Below the pieces are notes generated by a model that worked only from the letters and a program-made list of their open reading frames with translations, was not told the DNA's origin and did not search any database. From NCBI GenBank assembly GCA_964016885.1, contig OZ024757.1, positions 41,850,001 to 41,914,000 on the forward strand: DNA of 64,000 nt, in the 5' to 3' direction. The stretch is from Eledone cirrhosa (taxonomy: Eukaryota). Positions within the stretch are counted from its first letter, which is position 1. Each line of letters begins with the position of its first letter. The translations under genes were made by a program, and so were the position numbers. Of this stretch, positions 34,601 through 49,600 are shown piece after piece.

Positions 34601-37600
34601 GTTTTAGCCATTTAGTCATTTATGATAACGTTTTAGTCATTTCTGATGACGTCTTAACTATTTTACACATTTATGATGCCTTTTTGGCCATTTTAGAGTC
34701 ATTTTAGTCATTTATGACTGTAAAACGTCATCATGAATGACTAAAATGGCTAAAAGGGCATCATAAATGACTAAGATGGCTAAAACGGCATCATAAAGGA
34801 CTAAAATTGCTAAAACTGCATCATAAATGGCTAAATTGACTCTAAAACATCTAAAACGGCATCATAAATGAGTAAAATGGCCAAAACTTCATCATAAATG
34901 ACTGAAATGGCTAAAACGGCATCATAAACTAGAATGACTCTAAAATGGCTAAAAAGGCATCATAAATGACTAAAACGTCATCATAAATTACTAAAATGAC
35001 ATTTTAGAGTCATTTTAGTCATTTATGACACCGTTTTAGTCATTTAGGATGACGTTTTAGCAATTTTACTCATTTATAATGCCTTTTTAGCCATTTAAGA
35101 TGCCGTTTTAGCCATTTAACTCATTTATGATGCCTTTTTTCCATTCTAGAGCCATTTATGACTAAAGTTACTCTAAAACGGCATCATGAATGACTAAAAT
35201 TACTCTAAAATGGCTAAAAAGGAATCATAAATGAGTAAAATGGCTAAAACGTCATCATCAATGACTAAAATGTCATTATAAATGAATAAAGTGGCTAAAA
35301 CGGCTTCATAAATGTCTAAAATTGCTAAAACGGCATCATAAATGACTAAATTGTCCAAAAACGCATGATAAATGAGTAAAATGGCTAAAACGTCATCATC
35401 AATGACTAAAATGGCTAAAAAGGCTAATACGTCATCAGAAATGACTAAAACGTCATCATAAATGACTAAAACGGCATCATAAATGACTAAAATGGCCAAA
35501 AAGGCATCATGAATGAAGAAAATGGCTGAAACGTCATGATAAATGACTAAAACGTCATTATAAATTACTTAAATGGCTAAAACGGCATCATAAATGGCTA
35601 AATTGACTCTGAAATGGCTAAAACGGCATCATAAGTGAATAAAATGGTTAAAACGTCATCATAAATGACTAAAACGTCATCATAGATGGCTAAAATTGCG
35701 AAAAAGGCATCATAAATGAGTAAAATGGCTAAAACGTCATCATAAATGACTAAAATGACTCTAAAATGGCAAAAAGGCATCATAAATTAGTAAAATGGCT
35801 AAAAAGGCTAATACGTCATCACAAATGACTAAAACGGCATCATAAATGTCTAAAATGGCTAAATGTTGACGTTTTATTCATTTATGATTACGTTTTAGCT
35901 ATTTTACTCATTTATGATGCCGTTTTAGCCATTTTTGTGTCATTTTAGTCATTCATGATGCCGTTTTAGTCATTTATGTTGACGTTTTAGTCATTTATGA
36001 TGAGGTTTTAGCCACTTTACTCATTTATGATGCCTTTTAGCCATTTTTGAGTCCTTTTAGTAATTTATAATGCCATTCTAGTCATTTATGATGACGTTTT
36101 AATCATTTATAATGCCGTTGTAGCCATTTTAGAATGAATTTAGCCATTTATGTTGCCGTTTTAGCCATTTTAGTCATTTATGATGACGTTTTAACTATTT
36201 TACACATTTATGATGCCTTTTTGGCCATTTGAGAGTCATTTTAGTCATTTATTATGACGTTTTAGCCATTTTAGTCATTTATGATGCCGTTTTAGCCATC
36301 TTTAGTCATTTATGATGATGTATTAGCCTTTTTATCCATTTTAGAGTCATTTTAGCCATTTATGATAATGTTTTAGCCATTTTCCTCATTTATGATGCCT
36401 TTTTGGCCATTTTATTCAATATGACGACGTTTTAGTCATTTAACTCATTTAAGATGCCTTTTTAGCCAATTTTACCATTTATGATGCTGTTTTAGTCATT
36501 TTAGTCATTTATAATGACGTTTTAGTCATTTACGATGGCGTTTTAGCCATGTTACTCATTTATGATGCCTTTTTCACCATTTTAGCCATTTATGATGACG
36601 TTTTAGCCATTTTACTCATTCATGATGCCGTTTTAGCCATTTTAGTCATTTATAATGACGTTTTAGTCATTTTAGCCATTTATGATGACGTTTTAGTCAT
36701 TTACTATGACGTTTTAGTCATTTAACTCATTTACGATGCCTTTTTGGCCATTTTAGTCATTTGTGATGCCGTTTTAGCCATTTTAGACATTTATGATGCC
36801 GTTTTAGCCATTTTACTCATTTATGATGCTTTTTCGCCATTTTAGCCATTTATGATGACGTTTTAGTCATTTATGATGCCGTTTTAGCCATTGAACTAAT
36901 TTATGATACCTTTTTTCGCCATTCATGATGATGTTTTAGCCATTTTACGCATTTATGATGCCGTTTTAGCCATTTCAGAGTTTATTTATCCGTTTATGAT
37001 GCTGTTTTAGCCACGTAAGTCATTTATGATGATGTTTTAGCAATTTTACTCATTTATGAAGCCTTTTTGGCAATTTTAGTCATTTATGATGCCCTTTTAG
37101 CCATTTTAGACGTTTATGATGCCGTTTTAGCCATTTTTAGTCATTTATGATGACAATTTAGTCATTTATGATGACGTGTTAGCCTTTTTAGAGTCATGTT
37201 AGTCATTTATGATGACGTTGTAGCCATTTTACTCATTTATGATGCCTTTCTGGACAATTTAGTCATTTATAGCGACGTTTTAGTCATATATGATGACGTT
37301 TTGGGCATTTTACTCATTTAAGATGCCGTTTAGAATCATTTATGATGACGTTTTAGTCATTTATGATGACGTTTTGGGCATTTTACTCATTTATGATGCT
37401 GTTTAGAATCATTTATGATGACGTTTTAGTCATTTACGATGACGTTTTAGCCATTTAACTCATTTATGATGCCTTTTTAGCCATTTTACCAGTTAATATG
37501 CTGTTTTAGTCATTTTTAATGACGTTTTAGTCATTTATGATGTTTTAGCTATTTTACTCATTTATGATGCCTTTTTGGCCATTTTATCATTTATGATGCC

Positions 37601-40600
37601 ATTTTATCATTTATGATGCAATTCTAGCCATTTTTAGTCATTTATGATGACGTTGTAGTCATTTATGATGACGTTTTAGTCATTTCTGATGACGTATTAG
37701 CTTTTTTAGCCATTTTAGTCCGTTAATGATGACGTTTTAGCCATTTTAGTCTCTCATGATGCCTTTTTGGACATTTTAGTCATTTATGGCCACGTTTTAG
37801 TCATTTATGATGACGTTTTGGGCATTTTACTCATTTATGATGCCGTTTTAGCAGTTTTAGTATTTTATGATGACGTTTTAGTCATTTACGATGAGGTTTT
37901 AGCCATTTAACTCATTTATGATGCCTTTTTAGCCATTTAATATGCTGTTTTAGCCATTTTAGTCATTTTTAATGACGTTTTAGTCATTTATGATGATGTT
38001 TTAGCTATTCTACTCATTTATGATGCCTTTATGGCCATTTTATTCAATTATAATGCCGCTTTAGCGATTTCAAACGTTTATGATGCAGTTTTAGCCATTT
38101 TTAGTCAATTATGATGACGTTTTAGTCATTTCTGATAACGTATTAGCCTTTTTAGCCATTTTACTCATTTATAATGCTTGTTTTGCCATTTTAGTCATTC
38201 ATGATGAGTTTTTGGGCATTTTACTCCTTTATGATGCCGTTTTAGCCATTTAAGTCATTTATGATGCTGTTTTAGACATTTTAGTCTTTTATAACGACGT
38301 TTTAGTCATTTATGATGACTTTTGGGAATTTTACTCATTTATGATGCCGTTTTAGCAGTTTTAGCATTTTATGATGACGTTTTAGTCATTTACGATGAGG
38401 TTTTAGCCATTTAATATGCTGTTTTAGTCATTTTAGTCATTTTTAATGACGTTTTAGTCATTTATGATGATGTTTTAGCTATTTTACTCATTTATGATGC
38501 CTTTATGGCCATTTTATTCAATTATGATGCCGCTTTAGCGATTTCAAACATTTATGATGCAGTTTTAGCCATTTTTAGTCAATTATGATGACGTTTTAGT
38601 CATTTCTGATAACGTATTAGCCTTTTTAGCCATTTTACTCATTTATAATGCTTGTTTTGCCATTTTAGTCATTCATGATGAGGTTTTGGGCATTTTACTC
38701 CTTTATGATGCCGTTTTAGCCATTTAAGTCATTTATGATGCTGTTTTAGACATTTTAGTCTTTTATAACGACGTTTTAGTCATTTATGATGACGTTTTAG
38801 CCATTTTACTCATTTATGATTGCTTTTTCGCCATTTTAGCCATTTATGATGAGGTTTTGGTTATTTATGATGACGTTTTAACCATGTAACACATTTATGA
38901 TGCCGTTTTAGGCATTTCAGAGGTTATTTAGCCATTTATGATGCCGTTTTAGTCATTTAAGTCATTTATGATGCTGTTTTAGCCATTTTAGTCATTTATA
39001 ACGACGTTTTAGTCGTTTATGATGACGTTTTAGCCATTTTACTCATTTATGATGGCGTTTATTTAGCCATTTACGATGCGGTTTTAGCCATTTAAATCAT
39101 TTATGATGCTATTTTAGCCATTTTAGTCATTTATATGACGTTTTAGTCATTCATGATGACGTTTTAGCCATTTTAATCATTTATGATGCTTTTTTGGCCA
39201 TTTTAGTCATTTATGATGCAGCTTTAGCCATTTTTAATCATTTATTTTACTTATTTATGTTGCCGTTTTAGTAATTTTATGATGACGTTTTAGCCATTTT
39301 ACTCATTTATGATGCCTTTTTCGCTATTTTTGCCATTTATGATGACGTTTTAGCCATTTAACTCATTTATGGTGCCTTTTTCGCCATTTCAGAGTTTAGT
39401 TAGCCATTTCTGAAGCCGTTTTATCCATTTAAGTCATTTATGATGCTGTTTTAGCCATTTTAGTCATTTATAATGACGTTTTACTCATTTATGATGCCTT
39501 TCCGGCCATTTTTAGTCATCATAAAATACTCTAAACGGCATAATAAATGAGTAAAATGCCCAAAACATCATCATAAATGACTAAAACGACGCCTTAAATG
39601 ACTAAAATGTTCAAAAAGGCATCATAAATGAGTAAAATGGCTAAAAATGGCTAAAACTGCATCATAAATGTCTAAAATGGCTAAAACGGCATCATAAGTG
39701 ACTAAAATGGCCAAAAAGGCATCATAAATGAGAAAAATAGCTAAAACATCATCATAAATGACTAAAACGTCATTAAAAATGACTAAAATGACTAAGCAGC
39801 ATATTAAATGGCTAAAATGGCTTAAAAGGGATCATAAATGAGTTAAATGGCTAAAACGTCATCGTAAATGACTAAAACATCATCATAAATGGCTAGAACG
39901 TCGCCATAAATGACTAAAATGTCCAAAAAGGCATCATAAATGAGTAAAATGGCTAAAATGTCATCATAAATGACTAAAATGTCAATAAAATGGCTAAAAA
40001 GGCTAATACGTCATCAGAAATGACTAAAAATGACTAAAACTGCATCATAAATGTCTAAAATGGCTAAAGCGGCATCATAAATGACTAAAATGGCCAAAAA
40101 GGCATCATAAATGTCTAAAATGGCCAAAAAGGCATCATAAATGAGTAAAATAGCTAAAACATCATCATAAATGACTAAAACGTCATTAAAAATGACTAAA
40201 ATGACTAAACAGCATATTAAATGGCTAAAATGGCTAAAAAGGCATCATAAATGAGTTAAATGGCTAAAACGTCATCGTAAATGACTAAAACATCATCATA
40301 AATGGCTAGAACGGCTAAAACGGCATCATAAATGAGTAAAATGCCCAAAACGTCATCATAAATGACTAAAACGTCGCCATAAATGACTGAAATGTCCAAA
40401 AAGGCATCATAAATGAGTAAAATGGCTAAAACGTCATCATAAATGACTAAAATGACAATAAAATGGCTAAAAAGGCTAATACGTCATCAGAAATGACTAA
40501 AAATGGATAAAACTGCATCATAAATGTCTAAAACGGCATCATAAATGACTAAAATGGCCAAAACGGCATCATAAACGTCTAAAATGGCCAAAAAGGCATC

Positions 40601-43600
40601 ATAAATGAGTAAAATAGCTAAAACATCATCATAAATGACTAAAACGTCATCGTAAATGACTGAAACATCATCATAAATGGCTAGAACGGCTAATACGGCA
40701 TCATAAATGAGTAAAATGCCCAAAACGTCGCCATAAATGACTAAAATGTCCAAAAAGGCATCATAAATGAGTAAAATGGCTAAAACGTCATCATAAATGA
40801 CTAAAAAGGCTAATACGTCATCAGAAATGACTAAAACGTCATCATAAATGACTAAAAATGGCTAAAACTGCATTATAAATGTCTAAAATGGCTAAAACGG
40901 CATCATGAATTACTAAAATGGCCAAAAAGGCATCATAAATGTCTAAAATGGCTAAAACGGCATCATAGATGACTAAAATGGCCAAAAAGGCATCATAAAT
41001 GAGTAAAATAGCTAAAACATCATCACGTCATTAAAAATGACTAAAACAGCATATTAACTGGCTAAAAAGGCATCAGAAATGACTAAAACGTCATTAAAAA
41101 TGACTAAAATGACTAAACAGCATATTAAATGGCTAAAATGGCTAAAAAGGGATCATAAATGAGTTAAATGGCTAAAACGTCATCGTAAATGACTAAAACA
41201 TCATCATAAATGGCTAGAACGTCGCCATAAATGACTAAAATGTCCAAAAAGGCATCATAAATGAGTAAAATGGCTAAAATGTCATCATAAATGACTAAAA
41301 TGACAATAAAAAGGCTAATACGTCATCAGAAATGACTAAAAATGGCTAAAACTGCATCATAAATGTCTAAAATGGCTAAAACGGCATCATAAATTACTAA
41401 AATGGCCAAAAAGGCATCATAAATGTCTAAAATGGCCAAAAAGCCATCATAAATGAGTAATATAGCTAAAACATCATCATAAATGACTAAAACGTCATTA
41501 AAAATGACTAAAACAGCATATTAACTGGCTAAAATGGCTAAAAAGGCATCATAAATGAGTAAAATAGCTAAAACATCATAAATGACTAAAACGTCATTAT
41601 AAATGACTAAAATAACTAGACAGCATATTAAATGGCTAAAATGGCTAAAAAGGCATCATAAATGAGTTAAATGGCTAAAACGTCATCGTAAATGACTAAA
41701 ACATCCACATAAATGGCTAGAACGGCTAAAACGGCATCATAAATGAGTAAAATGCCCAAAATATCATCATAAATGACTAAAACGTCGCCATAAATGACTA
41801 AAATGACTAAAACGTCATCATAAATGACGAAAAATGGATAAAACTGCATCATAAATTTCTAAAACGGCATCATAAACGTCTAAAATGGCCAAAAAGGCAT
41901 CATAAATGAGTAAAATAGCTAAAACATCATCATAAATGACTAAAACGTCATCGTAAATGACTAAAACATCATCATAAGTGGCTAAAACGGCATCATCAAT
42001 GAGTAAAATGCCCAAAACGTCATCATAAATGACTAAAACGTCGCCATAAATGACTAAAATGTCCAAAAAGGCATCATAAATGAGTAAAATGGCTAAAATG
42101 TCAATAAAATGGCTAAAAAGGCTAATACGTCATCAGAAATGACTAAAAATGACTAAAACTGCATCATAAATGTCTAAAATGGCTAAAGCGGCATCATAAA
42201 TGACTAAAATGGCCAAAAAGGCATCATAAATGTCTAAAATGGCCAAAAAGGCATCATAAATGAGTAAAATAGCTAAAACATCATCATAAATGACTAAAAC
42301 GTCATTAAAAATGACTAAAACAGCATATTAACTGGCTAAAATGGCTAAAAAGGCATCATAAATGAGTAAAATAGCTAAAACATCATCATAAATGACTAAA
42401 ACGTCATTAAAAATGACTAAAATGACTAAACAGCATATTAAATGGCTAAAATGGCTAAAAAGGCATCATAAATGAGTTAAATGGCTAAAACGTCATCGTA
42501 AATGACTAAAACATCATCATAAATGGCTAGAACGGCTAAAACGGCATCATAAATGAGTAAAATGCCCAAAACGTCATCATAAATGACTAAAACGTCGCCA
42601 TAAATGACTGAAATGTCCAAAAAGGCATCATAAATGAGTAAAATGGCTAAAACGTCATCATAAATGACTAAAATGACAATAAAATGGCTAAAAAGGCTAA
42701 TACGTCATCAGAAATGACTAAAAATGGATAAAACTGCATCATAAATGTCTAAAACGGCATCATAAATGACTAAAATGGCCAAAACGGCATCATAAACGTC
42801 TAAAATGGCCAAAAGGCATCATAAATGAGTAAAATAGCTAAAACATCATCATAAATGACTAAAACGTCATCGTAAATGACTGAAACATCATCATAAATGG
42901 CTAGAACGGCTAATACGGCATCATAAATGAGTAAAATGCCCAAAACGTCGCCATAAATGACTAAAATGTCCAAAAAGGCATCATAAATGAGTAAAATGGC
43001 TAAAACGTCATCATAAATGACTAAAAAGGCTAATACGTCATCAGAAATGACTAAAACGTCATCATAAATGACTAAAAATGGCTAAAACTGCATTATAAAT
43101 GTCTAAAATGGCTAAAACGGCATCATGAATTACTAAAATGGCCAAAAAGGCATCATAAATGTCTAAAATGCCTAAAACGGCATCATAGATGACTAAAATG
43201 GCCAAAAAGGCATCATAAATGAGTAAAATAGCTAAAACATCATCACGTCATTAAAAATGACTAAAACAGCATATTAACTGGCTAAAAAGGCATCAGAAAT
43301 GACTAAAACGTCATTAAAAATGACTAAATGACTAAACAGCATATTAAATGGCTAAAATGGCTAAAAAGGATCATAAATGAGTTAAATGGCTAAAACGTCA
43401 TCGTAAATGACTAAAACATCATCATAAATGGCTAGAACGTCGCCATAAATGACTAAATGTCCAAAAAGGCATCATAAATGAGTAAAATGGCTAAAATGTC
43501 ATCATGAATGACTAAAATGACAATAAAAAGGCTTAATACGTCATCAGAAATGACTAAAAATGGCTAAAACTGCATCATAAATGTCTAAAATGGCTAAAAC

Positions 43601-46600
43601 GGCATCATAAATTACTAAAATGGCCAAAAAGGCATCATAAATGTCTAAAATGGCCAAAAAGCCATCATAAATGAGTAATATAGCTAAAACATCATCATAA
43701 ATGACTAAAACGTCATTAAAAATGACTAAAACAGCATATTAACTGGCTAAAATGGCTAAAAAGGCATCATAAATGAGTAAAATAGCTAAAACATCATCAT
43801 AAATGACTAAAACGTCATTATAAATGACTAAAATGACTAGACAGCATATTAAATGGCTAAAAAGGCATCATAAATGAGTTAAATGGCTAAAACGTCATCG
43901 TAAATGACTAAAACATCATCATAAATGGCTAGAACGGCTAAAACGGCATCATAAATGAGTAAAATGCCAAAATATCATCATAAATAACTAAAACGTCGCC
44001 ATAAATGACTAAAATGACTAAAACGTCATCATAAATGACGAAAAATGGATAAAACTGCATCATAAACGTCAAAAATGGCAAAAAAGGCATCATAAATGAG
44101 TAAAATAGCTAAAACATCATCATAAATGACTAAAACGTCATCGTAAATGACTAAAACATCATCATAAGTGGCTAAAACGGCATCATCAATGAGTAAAATG
44201 CCCAAAACGTCATCATAAATGACTAAAACGTCGCCATAAATGACTAAAATGTCCAAAAAGGCATCATAAATGAGTAAAATGGCTAAAATGTCAATAAATG
44301 GCTAAAAAGGCTAATACGTCATCAGAAATGACTAAAAATGACTAAAACTGCATCATAAATGTCTAAAATGGCTAAAGCGGCATCATAAATGACTAAAATG
44401 GCCAAAAGGCATCATAAATGTCTAAAATGCCAAAAAGGCATCATAAATGAGTAAAATAGCTAAAACATCATCATAAATGACTAAAACGTCATTAAAAATG
44501 ACTAAAACAGCATATTAACTGGCTAAAATGGCTAAAAAGGCATCATAAATGAGTAAAATAGCTAAAACATCATCATAATGACTAAAACGTCATTAAGAAT
44601 GACTAAAATGACTAAACAGCATATTAAATGGCTAAAATGGCTAAAAAGGCATCATAAATGAGTTAAATGGCTAAAACGTCATCGTAAATGACTAAAACAT
44701 CATCATAAATGGCTAGAACGGCTAAAACGGCATCATAAATGAGTAAAATGCCCCAAACGTCATCATAAATGACTAAAACGTCGCCATAAATGACTGAAAT
44801 GTCCAAAAAGGCATCATAAATGAGTAAAATGGCTAAAACGTCATCATAAATGACTAAAATGACAATAAAATGGCTAAAAAGGCTAATACGTCATCAGAAA
44901 TGACTAAAAATGGATAAAACTGCATCATAAATGTCTAAAACGGCATCATAAATGACTAAAATGGCCAAAACGGCATCATAAACGTCTAAAATGGCCAAAA
45001 AGGCATCATAAATGAGTAAAATAGCTAAAACATCATCATAAATGACTAAAACGTCATCGTAAATGACTGAAACATCATCATAAATGGCTAGAACGGCTAA
45101 TACGGCATCATAAATGAGTAAAATGCCCAAAACGTCGCCATAAATGACTAAAATGTCCAAAAAGGCATCATAAATGAGTAAAATGGCTAAAACGTCATCA
45201 TAAATGACTAAAAAGGCTAATACGTCATCAGAAATGACTAAAACGTCATCATAAATGACTAAAAATGGCTAAAACTGCATTATAAATGTCTAAAATGGCT
45301 AAAACGGCATCATGAATTACTAAAATGGCCAAAAAGGCATCATAAATGTCTAAAATGCCTAAAACGGCATCATAGATGACTAAAATGGCCAAAAAGGCAT
45401 CATAAATGAGTAAAATAGCTAAAACATCATCACGTCATTAAAAATGACTAAAACAGCATATTAACTGGCTAAAAAGGCATCAGAAATGACTAAAACGTCA
45501 TTAACAATGACTAAAATGACTAAACAGCATATTAAATGGCTAAAATGGCTAAAAAGGGATCATAAATGAGTTAAATGGCTAAAACGTCATCGTAAATGAC
45601 TAAAACATCATCATAAATGGCTAGAACGTCGCCATACATGACTAAAATGTCCAAAAAGGCATCATAAATGAGTAAAATGGCTAAAATGTCATCATGAATG
45701 ACTAAAATGACAATAAAAAGGCTAATACGTCATCAGAAATGACTAAAAATGGCTAAAACTGCATCATAAATGTCTAAAATGGCTAAAACGGCATCATAAA
45801 TTACTAAAATGGCCAAAAAGGCATCATAAATGTCTAAAATGGCCAAAAAGCCATCATAAATGAGTAATATAGCTAAAACATCATCATAAATGACTAAAAC
45901 GTCATTAAAAATGACTAAAACAGCATATTAACTGGCTAAAATGGCTAAAAAGGCATCATAAATGAGTAAAATAGCTAAAACATCATCATAAATGACTAAA
46001 ACGTCATTATAAATGACTAAAATGACTAGACAGCATATTAAATGGCTAAAATGGCTAAAAAGGCATCATAAATAAGTTAAATGGCTAAAACGTCATCGTA
46101 ATGACTAAAACATCATCATAAATGGCTAGAACGGCTAAAACGGCATCATAAATGAGTAAAATGCCCAAAATATCATCATAAATGACTAAAACGTCGCCAT
46201 AAATGACTAAAATGACTAAAACGTCATCAGAAATGACTAAAAATGGATAAAACTGCATTATAAATGTCTAAAATGGCTAAAACGGCATCATAAATTACTA
46301 AAATGGCCAAAAAGGCATCATAAATGTCTAAAATGGCTAAAACGGCATCATAGATGACTAAAATGGCCAAAAAGGCATCATAAATGAGTAAAATAGCTAA
46401 AACATCATCATAAATGACTAAAACGTCATTACAAATGACTAAAATGACTAAAACAGCATATTTACTGGCTAAAATGGCTAAAAAGGCATCATAAATTAGT
46501 TAAATGGCTAAAACGGCATCATAAATGGCTAAATAAACTCTGAAATGGCCAAAACGGCATCATAAATGAGTAAAATGCCCAAAACCTCATCATAAATGAC

Positions 46601-49600
46601 TAAAATGGCCAAAAAGGCATCATAAATGAGTAAAATGACAATAAAATGGCTAAAAAGGCTAATACGTCATCAGAAATGACTAAAAATGGCTAAAACTGCA
46701 TTATAAACGTCTAAAATCGCTAAAACGGCATCATAATTGAATAAAATGGCCAAAAAGCATCGTAATGAGTAAACTGGCTAAAACATCATCATAAATGGCT
46801 AAAGCGTCATCGTAAATGACTAAAACATCATCATAAATGGCTAGAACGGCTAAAATGGCATCATAAATGAGTAAAATGCCCAAAACGTCATCATAAATGA
46901 CTAAAACGTCGCCATAAATGACTGAAATGTCAAAAAGGCATCATAAATGAGTAAAATGGCTAAAACGTCATCATAAATGACTAAAATGACAATAAAATGG
47001 CTAAAAAGGCTAATACGTCATCAGAAATGACTAAAACGTCATCATAAATGAATAAAAATGGCTAAAACTGCATCATAAATGTCTAAAATGGCTAAAACGG
47101 CATCATATATGACTAAAATGACCAAAAAGGCATCATAAATGAGTAAAATAGCTAAAACATCATCATAAATGACTAAAACGTCATTAAAAATGACTAAAAC
47201 AGCATATTAACTGGCTAAAATGTCTTAAAACGGCATCATAAATGAGTATAATGCACAAAACGTCATCATAAAAGACTAAAACGTCGCCATAAATGACTAA
47301 ATTGTTCAAAAACGCATCATAAATGAGTAAAATGGCTAAAGCTTCATCATAAATGACTAAAATGGCTAAAAAGGCTAATACGTCATCAGAAATGACTAAA
47401 AATGACTAAAACTGAATCATAAATGACTAAAATGGCCAAAGAGGCATCATCAATGAGTAAAATAGCTAAAACATCATCATAAATGACTAAAACAGCATAT
47501 TAACTGGCTAAAATGGCTAAAAAGACATCATAAATGAGTTAAATGGCTAAAACGTCATCGTAATTGAATAAAATGGCCAAAAAGGCATCGTAAATGAGTA
47601 AAATAGCTAAAACATCATCATAAATGACTAAAACGTCATTAAAAATGACTAAAACAGCATATTAAATGGCTAAAAAGGGATCATAAATGACTAAAACGTC
47701 ATTAAAAATGACTAAACAGCATATTAAATGGCTAAAAAGGCATCATAAACGAGTTAAATGGTTAAAACGTCATCGTAAATGACTAAAACATCATCATAAA
47801 TGGCTAGAACGTCGCCATAAATGACTAAAATGTCCAAAAAGGCATCATAAATGAGTAAAATGGCTAAAATGTCATCATAAATGACTAAAATGACAATAAA
47901 ATGGCTAAAAAGGCTAATACGTCATCAGAAATGACTAAAAATGGCTAAAACTGCATCATAAATGTCTAAAATTGCTAAAACGTCATCATAAATGACTAAA
48001 ATGGCCAAAAAGGCATCATAAATGTCTAAAATGGCCAAAAAGGCATCATAAATCAGTAAAATAGTTAAAACATCATCATAAATGACTAAAACGTCATTAA
48101 AATGACTAAAACAGCATATTAACTGGCTAAAATGGCTAAAAAGGCATCATAAATGAGTTAAATGGCTAAAACGTCATCGTAAATGGCGAAAAAGGCATCA
48201 TAAATGACTAAAATGGCGAAAAAGGCATCATAAATGAGTTAAATGACTAAAACCTCATCATAAACGACTAAAATGGCTAAAAAGGCATCATAAATGACTA
48301 AAACGTCATTAAAAATGGCTAAAATAACTAAACAGCATATTAAATGGCTAAAATGGCTAAAAAGGGATCATAAATGAGTTAAATGGCTAACACGTCATCG
48401 TAAATGACTAAAACATCATCATAAATGGCTAGAACGTCGCCATAAATGACTAAAATGTCCAAAAAGGCATCATAAATGAGTAAAATGGCTAAAACGTCAT
48501 CATAAATGACTAAAATGACAATAAAATGGCTAAAAAGGCTAATACGTCATCAGAAATGACTAAAAATGGCTAAAACTGCATCATAAATGTCTAAAATGGC
48601 TAAAACGGCATCATAAATGTCTAAAATGGCCAAAAAGGCATCATAAATGAGTAAAATAGCTAAAACATCATCATAAATGACTAAAACGTCATTAAAAATG
48701 ATTAAAGCAGCATATTAACTGGCTAAAATGGCTAAAAAGGCATCATAAATGAGTTAAATGGCTAAAACGGCATCATAAATGGCTAAATAAACTCTGAAAT
48801 GGCCAAAACGGCATCATAAATGAGTAAAATGTCCAAAACCTCATCATAAATGACTAAAATGGCCAAAAAGGCATCATAAATGAGTAAAATGGCTAAAAAA
48901 GCTAATACGTCATCAGATATGACTAAAAATGGCTAAAACTGCACCATAAACGTCTAAAATCGCTAAAACGGCATCATAATTGAATAAAATGGCCAAAAAG
49001 GCATCGTAAATGAGTAGAATAGCTAAAACATCATCATAAATGACTAAAACGTCATTAAAAATGACTAAAACAGCATATTAAATGGCTAAAAAGGCATCAT
49101 AAATGAGTTAAATGGTTAAAACGTCATCGTAAATGACTAAAACATCATCATAAATGGCTAGAACGTCGCCATAAATGACTAAAATGTCCAAAAAGGCATC
49201 ATTAATGAGTAAAATGGCTAAAATGTCATCATAAATGACTAAAATGACAATAAAATGGCTAAAAAGGCTAATACGTCATCAGAATGACTAAAAATGGCTA
49301 AAACTGCATCATAAATGTCTACAATTGCTAAAACGTCATCATAAATGACTAAAATGGCCAAAAAGGCATCATAAATGTCTAAAATGGCCAAAAAGGCATC
49401 ATAAACCAGTAAAATAGCTAAAACATCATCATAAATGACTAAAACGTCATTAAAATGACTAAAACAGCATATTAACTGGCTAAAATGGCTAAAAAGGCAT
49501 CATAAATTAGTTAAATGGCTAAAACGTCATCGTAAATGGCGAAAAAGGCATCATAAATGAGTTAAATGACTAAAACCTCATCATAGACGGCTAAAAAGGC

